Source: an uncultured Saprospiraceae bacterium
Lineage (GTDB): Bacteria > Bacteroidota > Bacteroidia > Chitinophagales > Saprospiraceae
Direction: 5' to 3'
Assembly (NCBI GenBank): GCA_937951615.1
Contig: CALFBH010000004.1
Location: forward strand, 63,228 to 127,227
Length of the DNA stretch: 64,000 nucleotides
Below are positions 35,753 through 44,017 of the stretch, piece by piece. Position 1 is the stretch's first letter. The number at the start of each line of letters is the position of its first letter. The notes beneath the pieces were generated by a model. It saw nothing but the letters and a program-made list of their open reading frames with translations. It was not told the origin of the DNA and made no database searches. The position numbers and the translations under genes were made by a program.

Positions 35753-36190
35753 ATGAAAACAGAATGTATCACCGAAAGAACGGATTCGCTTATCGTGCTG
35801 AAAGACTCAAAAGGCGGAAGAAGCAAAATGACCTTTATAAACAGCAAGAATGAATTGGTGAAAGAAGTTGAGGTAGATGGTTGTGAAATAACTGAAGGAA
35901 AAAAATGTGATTTTCTCATTTTGCATCCTAAAAAAGTCAAAAAGAAAACCGTGAATGATGAGTATTTTGTAGAATTGAAAGGCAGGAAAGTCAAATATGC
36001 TTGCGAACAACTTGAAGCAAGCATCAGAAAACTAAGTGACAATCCAACACAAAAGCCAAAACACGCTATTGTTATTTGTACTAAAAATCCATTATCATCA
36101 TCACAAGGTCAAAAACTAAAAATTCAATTTAAGAAAACCCTCAATGCAAAATTGATTATTAGCAAACAATATACCCACAAACTATCATAA
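35753..36190 (+). CDS. Small (145 aa) putative PD-(D/E)xK-fold nuclease, translationally coupled to the ATPase
   Basis: The ATG is 1 nt after the ATPase stop. The motif ...GKKCDFLILHP..(x14)..EYFVELKGRK gives D53 / E74-x-K76 in beta-strand-like context, followed by ACEQLEASI. Confidence 0.65.
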   Translation: MKTECITERTDSLIVLKDSKGGRSKMTFINSKNELVKEVEVDGCEITEGKKCDFLILHPKKVKKKTVNDEYFVELKGRKVKYACEQLEASIRKLSDNPTQKPKHAIVICTKNPLSSSQGQKLKIQFKKTLNAKLIISKQYTHKLS

Positions 36191-36258
36191 AAAACTTTGA
36201 AAGCAATCGTGTAGTTTTAAGCTTAATCTTAAACTTGCACTTAAACTTAATTACAACC

Positions 36259-37734
36259 ATGACCATATACACTATATTTGGAATTTGTGCAGTAGCAGCA
36301 CTGGTATTGACCGTTTTATTCGGTGTAGTTCTGAAAAGAAAACCGCACAACTGGCTGATGCTATTCTTGCAGCAGTTTGTTGGTTCTTTATTGATTTTTT
36401 CCGGCTATGTGAAAGCTATTGACCCGAAGGGAACCGTTTATAAAATGGAGCAATATTTTGCTGAATTTGAAAGTGCTGTTGTGGCACCGATTTCAGGCAT
36501 CTTTCCCTTTCTGGCGGAAATGGGGCTGACTTTTTCTATTGCCACTATTGTACTTGAACTCGTGCTGGGCATTTGTTTGATTTTTGGGATCAAGCGCAAA
36601 TTTACGGTTTGGGCTTTATTGCCGATGCTGATCTTTTTTACTTTGCTTACTGGCTTCACTTATCTGACTTCCTACTCGGTCGAGTCGCTGGCTTTTATGT
36701 CTATCATCACGGCAGTTGTGCTGCTGGGTGGTGGGGCTTTATTTGCAAGAGAACGCAAGACCAAAATCGGCTTAGGGATTGGAGCGATTGCAGCCATTGT
36801 GATTATCAATTTACTGATGAAAGAAGGCTATTCCTGGTGGTTCAATTTTGCTGATTGGGAGTATGATAAGAATAAAATGAAGGTGACAGACTGTGGTTGT
36901 TTTGGTGATTTTTTGAAGCTGGAACCTAAAGTCTCTTTCATCAAAGACCTGATTTTGCTACCTATCTCTATCTGGTTTGTAATGGGTTGGCGCAATTTGA
37001 CGGAAGTCGTAGAAAAACGTTCTATCGCTACTGGACTTTTCTGGGGGGCAATTGTATTATCGACTTTATTCTGTTTGAAAAATAGTATTTGGGGCTTGCC
37101 ACAAAGTGATTTCCGCCCATTTGCCGAAGGCATCAACCTACCAGAAGCTAAACAGATCGCCTTGGATGACACGGACATTATAGATCGTTATCTGACCTAT
37201 AAAAACAGTGAAACTGGTGAAGCCGTCGAAATCAAATCTGATGCACTGATGGACAATCAGCACCTTTGGAAAAAGCCGACGCCCTGGGAAGCTGTCAAAG
37301 AAAAAACTCGTGAGGTTGTCATCAAAAAAGGTAGTGATTCCAAGATTAAAGATTTTGAATTTAGCAATGCAGAAGGTGCGGATGTGTCGCATGAAGTCGG
37401 CGCAGCGGGTTATCAATTCATGGTTATTTCATACAGTATGGAAAAAGCCAATCGCAAGTATTTCAAATCGGTGAACGCCATTGCAGCAGCAGCCGAGAAA
37501 GACGGGCATCGCACTTTTGGCATCACACAAATTGCCGATCCTACTGATGTAGATAAATTCCGACATGACTTGCAGGCAGGCTATCCGTTTTATACCGCAG
37601 ATGATATTTTATTGAAAACTATTATCCGGTCAAATCCTGGTGTTTTGTTGCTTAAAGATGGTACGGTTCTCAAGAAATGGCATGGACGCAACCTGCCAGA
37701 CTACAATACGATTAAGCAAGAATATGGGCTTTAG
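36259..37734 (+). CDS. DoxX/MauE-like membrane protein fused to a C-terminal soluble (thioredoxin-like?) domain
   Basis: Multiple TM helices and a DCGCFGDFLK motif typical of MauE/DoxX. The start at MTIYTIFG (36259) is preferred. The track start 36235 lies in the CTTAAACTTAA repeat. Confidence 0.75.
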   Translation: MTIYTIFGICAVAALVLTVLFGVVLKRKPHNWLMLFLQQFVGSLLIFSGYVKAIDPKGTVYKMEQYFAEFESAVVAPISGIFPFLAEMGLTFSIATIVLELVLGICLIFGIKRKFTVWALLPMLIFFTLLTGFTYLTSYSVESLAFMSIITAVVLLGGGALFARERKTKIGLGIGAIAAIVIINLLMKEGYSWWFNFADWEYDKNKMKVTDCGCFGDFLKLEPKVSFIKDLILLPISIWFVMGWRNLTEVVEKRSIATGLFWGAIVLSTLFCLKNSIWGLPQSDFRPFAEGINLPEAKQIALDDTDIIDRYLTYKNSETGEAVEIKSDALMDNQHLWKKPTPWEAVKEKTREVVIKKGSDSKIKDFEFSNAEGADVSHEVGAAGYQFMVISYSMEKANRKYFKSVNAIAAAAEKDGHRTFGITQIADPTDVDKFRHDLQAGYPFYTADDILLKTIIRSNPGVLLLKDGTVLKKWHGRNLPDYNTIKQEYGL

Positions 37735-37763
37735 AATTATTTAAAAGATATTAAGGAAACACG

Positions 37764-37792
37764 AAAAGGACAGCAATCGCTGTCCTTTTTTC
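37764..37792 (+). terminator. Rho-independent terminator
   Basis: aaggacagc-aatc-gctgtcctt followed by tttttc. Confidence 0.75.
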
Positions 37793-38016
37793 TTGGGAAT
37801 AGGCACTTTAAGAATGCATTAAAAAGGTAAATGAGAATTAGTGTAAGTGGGTTTCATCGCCAATTAGAATTATGCCTACATGATACAGGCTTTATTTTTT
37901 TTATACTATTTTTTCCTAATCTTTCCTTCGTTTGTATTATATGTTTTTTTGTAGTTTCATTTGCATACAGAACAACATAAAAAGCTGTTATACAACAGAA
38001 AAGACCTTTTTACTAT

Positions 38017-39522
38017 TTATTTTTCACCACTCACCAACACTTTAATTCTCCGTTCCAACCAGAATATATAAATGTCTATTAGTAGAGATTGCTTTGATAA
38101 AAAAGGCTTCAGTTTATTTAACGTTGCCTGACAATGTGCTATTTTTTCTTTATTTGTCATCCTTGTATTCACAACTTTTATGAGGCTTGAATGTATAAAT
38201 TGCTCTATCTCTTCATATATATTTCGCTCTCGACAATAACGGTAGAAGTGGTTCAATAATGATCGAAAAAGCTTTTCATTTCCTCGTTCAAAATGTACTA
38301 GTGCATGTGTCAGCTTCACAACGCCCTGGATAGACTGCATAAAGTCCTTGCCAGGAAAATCATGCATAAAGCGCAGTATCCAATCCTGGCAATGTTCATA
38401 CTGACTTTGCAGAAATGTCCCCTTGATCAAAAAATAATACATATAAGCCTGATCATAAGGCAGACCATCTGAAAATATTTCATCCAGATCGGTTTGCATG
38501 GAGTCAAATTTTTTAAAATCTCGTGACTCTACAGACAATAAGGCCTCCCTGACGATATATTTTTGCCGATGTGTCTGAATCAACCAGTCATTAAAAAAAT
38601 CTGGATAGCGTGTGGGTATTTCCTTGTACTCCTGAAGTACTTTTTTTGCTTTAGCATATTTTCCTCTGTATATCAATGCTGTGATATAGTTTAGATAAAA
38701 ACCAATAAAAGCCTGCATTCTGGAGCTGGAAAATTCCATATTATTTCTCATTTTCTCAATAATCTCTCCCCACTCCTCTGCTGTTTGCATCGACTCTCCT
38801 ACCACGCTTTCCGCAGCGAATTTAGCCTGAACGACCTGTAATCTTGCTTTTAAAGACAATGCTTTATCCTTATCTTTTATCAAAGGATTATTCAGGAGTG
38901 CCTGCATTTCTTCTTTGATTTCTTTTTTGGGATGCCTAGTATAGCGTTGATGAAAATTATACAGATCTGAAGCAATATTTTCTATTTCCTGATAATTGGT
39001 TTCTTTCTGTAAGCAGGACAATGTCTCTTGATACAGTTGATGGCGTTTTTTGATAAAATCTTCTCCCGATGTTTTAGCTTTAAGTATCCATACTTGCAGG
39101 CGATTAAACTCTACTACATCCAGAAATGTTTCTCTTTTTAATGCTTTTGCTCTGGGTTTGATCATCAGTTTTTCAGCATGTTCATTGAGTCCTTTACTGA
39201 ATAATATGAGTGCCATCTTGCGACTGTCCATCTCCTCAAAATGCGGGGTCTTCATATAATAATAATCTGACAGCATTTTCAGCACCAAACTGTATAACAA
39301 ATTTTTATAATAAGAAAACTGGCTAAGAAGCTTCTCATCATTTATCTTTTGTTTGAGCAAATCTTCATTGGGTGTTTTAGCCTGTGCGATATAATCAAAT
39401 AGCTGGATAACTTTTGCCTCATTCTTTTTCTGGTAGCGGGAAGTGTATATTTTAAAATATCGCTTTTCATGTTTATCCAAAGCATGAATAAGTTCGTAGA
39501 GTTTTTGAGATGATTTGCTCAT
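38017..39522 (-). CDS. ~500-aa all-helical (TPR-like) protein, paralog family member 1
   Basis: The N-terminus LYELIHALDKHEKRYFKIYTSRYQKKNEAKVIQLFDYI parallels the N-termini of 40845..42368 and 57287..58726. Rich in helix-forming residues. No TM segment or signal peptide. Confidence 0.75.
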   Translation of the reverse strand: MSKSSQKLYELIHALDKHEKRYFKIYTSRYQKKNEAKVIQLFDYIAQAKTPNEDLLKQKINDEKLLSQFSYYKNLLYSLVLKMLSDYYYMKTPHFEEMDSRKMALILFSKGLNEHAEKLMIKPRAKALKRETFLDVVEFNRLQVWILKAKTSGEDFIKKRHQLYQETLSCLQKETNYQEIENIASDLYNFHQRYTRHPKKEIKEEMQALLNNPLIKDKDKALSLKARLQVVQAKFAAESVVGESMQTAEEWGEIIEKMRNNMEFSSSRMQAFIGFYLNYITALIYRGKYAKAKKVLQEYKEIPTRYPDFFNDWLIQTHRQKYIVREALLSVESRDFKKFDSMQTDLDEIFSDGLPYDQAYMYYFLIKGTFLQSQYEHCQDWILRFMHDFPGKDFMQSIQGVVKLTHALVHFERGNEKLFRSLLNHFYRYCRERNIYEEIEQFIHSSLIKVVNTRMTNKEKIAHCQATLNKLKPFLSKQSLLIDIYIFWLERRIKVLVSGEK

Positions 39523-39697
39523 AAGCTTGCAGTATGCATGATTTTAGTATAAAGTCTCTCGCAAAGTATTAAAATTATACAACATTGATTAGTTTTTAAA
39601 TATAAAAAAAACAGACTCTTCAGTCTGCCCATCGGAAAATCTTATTATTTAAAATTAAAAACATTTAGGTTTCAAGACTTTTTTTTAATTTAGCAGT

Positions 39698-40057
39698 ATG
39701 GCAGCGCATAACGATTTAGGCATTCGGGGTGAACAATTGGCAAAATCTTTTTTGCTGAAAAAAGGCTATGCTGTTCTGGAAACCAACTGGCGCGTGGGCA
39801 AAGCTGAGATCGATTTGATTGTCAAAAAGGAAAATATTCTTATTTTTGTAGAAGTCAAAACCCGGCGAAACAATACTTTCGGCTATCCGGAAGAGGGCGT
39901 TACCGCCAAAAAGGAGCGTATGATGTTTGAAGCCGCCGGATTTTATATGCGCAAAATTGGCTACGAAGAAGAAATCAGATTTGACATTATCGCTATTACC
40001 ATGAATCCAAATCAGGAAATTAAACATTTCAGAGATGCCTTTTTTCCTGGCTGGTGA
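39698..40057 (+). CDS. yraN: YraN-family (UPF0102) endonuclease-like protein
   Basis: GEQLAKSFLLKKGYAVLETNWRVGKAEIDLIVKKENILIFVEVKTR is the UPF0102 signature. Confidence 0.88.
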   Translation: MAAHNDLGIRGEQLAKSFLLKKGYAVLETNWRVGKAEIDLIVKKENILIFVEVKTRRNNTFGYPEEGVTAKKERMMFEAAGFYMRKIGYEEEIRFDIIAITMNPNQEIKHFRDAFFPGW

Positions 40058-40068
40058 TTTTTTGAATT

Positions 40069-40740
40069 ATGAATGGTTTAATTACGAATTACGAATCCCA
40101 AGAAATAGTTAAACCCATTCGTAATTCATTCATTAATAATTATAAGGTGAAATACATTACATTACTTATCGCCACCCTGTTCAGCTTATCTCTTTCTGCA
40201 CAAAGTTTCAAAAAAATAATTTGTGAGCACAGAAAAGAATATAAAGAAGGTTTCAAAGAAGAAGGTTCGCCGCTCAAGCCGAATGAGATTCGGTATTTGA
40301 AATTCTACAAGCCCGACGAAGCTTATCAAGTCCCTGCTGACTTCAAACGTACATTCGGTGAAAAGCCATTTGATATGGTGACTTCTAGCGGTAAAAAGAA
40401 ACGTTATGTAAAATATGGAGAGCTAAGTTTTGAGCTTAAAGGAACAGCTATCACGCTTGCCTTATATCAAAGCCTGAAACTTATGTCCATGCCTCAATAT
40501 AAAGAATACCTGTTTTTGCCTTTCAAGGACTCAACAAATGGGCAGGAAACTTATAGTGCCGGGCGATATATAGACTTGGAAATGTCGGACATTAAAAACG
40601 ATAAAGTGACGCTTGATTTTAACAAGACTTATAATCCTTACTGCGCTTATACGACTGGCTATAATTGCCCGTATCCACCAGCAGAAAATCATTTGACCAT
40701 GCCGATTTATGCAGGAGAAAAGATGTTTGGAAAGAAATAG
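40069..40740 (+). CDS. DUF1684 family protein (secreted)
   Basis: C-terminal YNPYCAYTTGYNCPYPPAENHLTMPIYAGE is the DUF1684 motif. An in-frame GTG at 40147 gives MKYITLLIATLFSLSLSAQ and may be the true start. The ATG at 40069 lies in the AATTACG repeat. Confidence 0.8.
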   Translation: MNGLITNYESQEIVKPIRNSFINNYKVKYITLLIATLFSLSLSAQSFKKIICEHRKEYKEGFKEEGSPLKPNEIRYLKFYKPDEAYQVPADFKRTFGEKPFDMVTSSGKKKRYVKYGELSFELKGTAITLALYQSLKLMSMPQYKEYLFLPFKDSTNGQETYSAGRYIDLEMSDIKNDKVTLDFNKTYNPYCAYTTGYNCPYPPAENHLTMPIYAGEKMFGKK

Positions 40741-40844
40741 TTAAATTCAAATTCAAACGTCAAATACAAATTCAAAGATAACAAACTTCAATTATAGGTA
40801 TTACCGTAGGCTTTCCATCAAACATGTCTGCTACATGGCTAAAT

Positions 40845-42368
40845 TCAAACTCCCCTCGTCCTATCTGCGCCGTAATACCTATCCAGCATCAGTTGATAAT
40901 ATGGTTTTTTCAGGCTTTTGCTAGTCAGCCAGAGATTATAATTCAGCAATTCATTTGAACCAATTTCAAAATGGGTATATTGTTCTACAAATCGTTCAAT
41001 TTTCTTCTTGGTTTTTTCCTGTTTAACCGCATTGGGTTTGCTGATAAAGTCGCGCAATATTTCTAAAAACTCTTTCTGTTCGGCATAGCCTGGCAATCGA
41101 ATTTCTTTACTAAACCTTCTACGCAAATCTTTATAACGCACTTCTGCAAATTGATAATCTTCTGACTCTATCCTAAACACCACTTCCAAAATAGAAATGG
41201 TCAACTGAAGGTGAGGAGAAATACTTTTATAGTCTTTCGACACAATTACTTTCCCAATATAATCCAGACAAACATTGATATTCTGTTCATAAAAATAAAG
41301 CATGGACAGGTTGAGATAGATAGAAAAGAAACTTAAAATATCCCGGTATTTTTCAGCGTGCAATAAATCTTCCAACATACTAATCGCTTCCTGCGGTCTA
41401 CCTTGTATTATTCTCACCACCGTTTCAGACTGGTAATACAACCAGACATATTTATTATAAAAAACATGGTCAAACTCAGTTATGCTTCGCCCCAATTCCT
41501 GCGTAAAAGCAACGGTCTTATCCACTTCCCGAATACGACTAAAGGTATTCACCAGCCAGATCAGCATGATAATTTTTTCTTCATGATGTCGGTCAAATAC
41601 ACCATCTTTTTCAAACTCTTCATAACTTTGCATCAGATAATCTGCCAGTGTGTCGAATTCTCGTTTTTGCAATAAGATTTGCCGCGCACACTGATTAATT
41701 TTCAGCCTGAAAACAGGCTGTCGACTATCCGCAACAGACACCTGCATTTCTTCAAAAATAGCCTCCAGCATTTCTACTACTCCTTCTTCCTGTACAGAAA
41801 AATTGGACCGATGAAGCCGATAATTTAGTGTCGCTAATAAAGAATTGAAGTGTTGAATTTGCTCGTATTTTCGTTGTATAACCTGCTTTTTGTGGGTGTA
41901 AGGTGTTGGATCAAGATTGGAGTTAAAGTGACACAATTGAATTAATTTGTCATAAATAATATTCAATAGTCCATAAAGTTCATGGCTTAAAGCAAGTTTT
42001 TCTGCTTCTTTCAAATAGTGTTCAGCAATGCCATAGTCTGTTTTATCAATAAAAATATCGGATAAACGGATGTAGTTGTTCACCACAGTTTCTTCGTCTT
42101 TATCTTTATAAAACGACAATAAACTATGCTCTAAATCATGAAGCAGTCTATTTTTGAGCCTGTAATATGAATTGCGTTTATTTTTCTCAAAAAATTGCTG
42201 ACTAATGAGATCATCGTATTCATCAATTTTTTCTAATTTTAAAGTATTCAGGAGCTGTATGGTCTTTTTTTCCTGACCTTTTTGCAGAAAATTAGAATTT
42301 AATATCCTGTAATGACGGACCTCTTTCCCGCTCATCAGGCGAATAAAGTTAGTTAATAAATATTTCAT
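40845..42368 (-). CDS. ~500-aa all-helical (TPR-like) protein, paralog family member 2
   Basis: N-terminus FIRLMSGKEVRHYRILNSNFLQKGQEKKTIQLLNTL. Length and composition are similar to members 1 and 3. Confidence 0.75.
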   Translation of the reverse strand: MKYLLTNFIRLMSGKEVRHYRILNSNFLQKGQEKKTIQLLNTLKLEKIDEYDDLISQQFFEKNKRNSYYRLKNRLLHDLEHSLLSFYKDKDEETVVNNYIRLSDIFIDKTDYGIAEHYLKEAEKLALSHELYGLLNIIYDKLIQLCHFNSNLDPTPYTHKKQVIQRKYEQIQHFNSLLATLNYRLHRSNFSVQEEGVVEMLEAIFEEMQVSVADSRQPVFRLKINQCARQILLQKREFDTLADYLMQSYEEFEKDGVFDRHHEEKIIMLIWLVNTFSRIREVDKTVAFTQELGRSITEFDHVFYNKYVWLYYQSETVVRIIQGRPQEAISMLEDLLHAEKYRDILSFFSIYLNLSMLYFYEQNINVCLDYIGKVIVSKDYKSISPHLQLTISILEVVFRIESEDYQFAEVRYKDLRRRFSKEIRLPGYAEQKEFLEILRDFISKPNAVKQEKTKKKIERFVEQYTHFEIGSNELLNYNLWLTSKSLKKPYYQLMLDRYYGADRTRGV

Positions 42369-42505
42369 GTTTAGTTTTAGCCCGTAATTTTTACAGGTAA
42401 AAATAGCTAAATCGATTTAATTTTCTAAGTATATTGCGAATTAAATAGCCGAAACACCGTCTAAAATGTACTGTTTTGCTTTTACCAATTGAAAAAAATA
42501 ACAAA

Positions 42506-43285
42506 ATGAATAAGATAAAATGGATGCTACTTATGCTGATGAGCCTTATGCTTATTAGCCCTGCAATGGCGCAAATGAGTGGAGAAATTTATTTTGAAAT
42601 TGAATATGAAGAAGATGATGACGACGACGACGATGGACCAAGCGTTATTATCACAGGTGAACTTGTCAATACAGGGAATGTTGATATTGACATAGATATC
42701 GATCTGGGCGTATTTGTAAGCCAGAGCTTTCCTAATCCGCCTTTTGCTCCTGATCTGAATTATATCCTCGAGCTGGAAGATGATCCATTAGAGCCTGGTG
42801 AGGATACCGATTTTGAAATAGAATTGTTTGTCAATAATCCGGCTCACAAACTTATGGTTGGCACAAATAATATCATCACCATCTGGCCACTGAATGCAAC
42901 AGACATTATTACCATTTGGCCATTAACTGGCAGCATGCTGGGCTTTGGAGGCAGTAATGACTATGGCAGTGCTTCGATATTTGTACCTGAAAGCACCACT
43001 ACTACAAACATATTGAATTTCGGTGAGCTTGATAGAGTTACAACATTCCCTAGTCCATCAACAGGAGTATTTAATATTGACTTGACAAATGCTGAACTAA
43101 CAGGTGATTTCACCCTAGAAGTATATAATGCACAAGGCAAAAATGTAATGACCGAATTGCGTCAAATAAATAATTCTATTATGCAATTCAATTTAAGTCA
43201 TGTAGCACCAGACTTATATTTTATTAGCATCAAAGACAGTAATGGTATATTAAAATACCAGAGCAATCTTATCATCACCCAATAA
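42506..43285 (+). CDS. Small T9SS-secreted protein with a poly-Asp run and an internal duplication
   Basis: Signal peptide MNKIKWMLLMLMSLMLISPAMAQ. EEDDDDDDDG run. Duplicated IITIWPL. C-terminal type-A sorting domain TFPSPSTGVFNIDL...LEVYNAQGKNV...YFISIKD. Confidence 0.8.
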   Translation: MNKIKWMLLMLMSLMLISPAMAQMSGEIYFEIEYEEDDDDDDDGPSVIITGELVNTGNVDIDIDIDLGVFVSQSFPNPPFAPDLNYILELEDDPLEPGEDTDFEIELFVNNPAHKLMVGTNNIITIWPLNATDIITIWPLTGSMLGFGGSNDYGSASIFVPESTTTTNILNFGELDRVTTFPSPSTGVFNIDLTNAELTGDFTLEVYNAQGKNVMTELRQINNSIMQFNLSHVAPDLYFISIKDSNGILKYQSNLIITQ

Positions 43286-43336
43286 TAGCATTATAACTTC
43301 CTTGAATCCAAACAAATAAACAAGTAAAATAATGCG

Positions 43337-43366
43337 GAGGGTAGAGATTTTTCTCTACCCTTTTTT
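43337..43366 (+). terminator. Rho-independent terminator
   Basis: gagggtagag-atttttc-tctaccc followed by T6. Confidence 0.75.
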
Positions 43367-43380
43367 ATGTATATGTATCC

Positions 43381-43664
43381 ATTAAAAAAGAGAGCAGTCT
43401 GCGTTTTACACTACAGTATTGCTCTCCTATTTTTCAAACCTTATAATAACAAATCTCATAAAACAAGAAGGGGACTTTTTCTTAATCCGAAAAAAGTAAG
43501 ACCAGCTTTACCTCATTGTCCCAAAGTAATCACTGGCCTTCCCTGTCCTAGTATCTAACTTTAAGAGAACTAACAAATCTCATTTTAAGCATTGTGGTAT
43601 GGCTCACAAACTGCCAGGACAAACATCCCAGCAGTTTTGTGAAGGTACTATGAAAAGAATTTTT
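43381..43664. repeat. ~280-nt non-coding element, copy A
   Basis: Collinear conserved blocks with copy B: attaaaaaagag..cagtc (43381), ctcattgtccc (43512), aactaac (43568) and aggtactatgaaaagaattttt (43643-43664). Confidence 0.75.
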
Positions 43665-44017
43665 ATAAAACAGGAAGTCTCTACAAGCATGCGAATAATC
43701 AATTCCGGTATACTTCAGCTAACGCACACAATCTATTGTAACTAATAACTTTCCGCGCATAACTTGCAGAGACTTTAATCTGGTTTATGCTTAAACCAAA
43801 TCACTTCCTTTTTTCATTGCTCATGAATATGAAACAAACTTACTTACTATTTTCTATAAATATTGTGCAAAAGATAGCAATCTATTACGGCTTATAATTT
43901 CACATAACACAAACAACCATTTGTATCTAACTGTAATAAAAAATACTAGGTCGCAGACAGCAACAGGTGGATTGTAAAAAGTTACAGCTTAAAACTGTTT
44001 AACGAATATGTAAATCA

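Noticed and set aside
37795-37900. Possible small RNA between the terminator at 37764-37792 and a second T-run hairpin (gcct-acatgatac-aggc plus T8) near 37873-37900
   Set aside because: The second stem is only 4 bp, and no promoter-like element or conservation evidence is available from sequence alone.
43649-43744. Short plus-strand ORFs starting MKRIF at the ends of repeat copies A (43649) and B (45937)
   Set aside because: The products are 31 aa and 16 aa, and they are unrelated after the first five residues. Copy B's ORF overlaps the 3' end of the P-loop gene on the other strand. The conserved 22-mer is more likely an RNA or DNA element.
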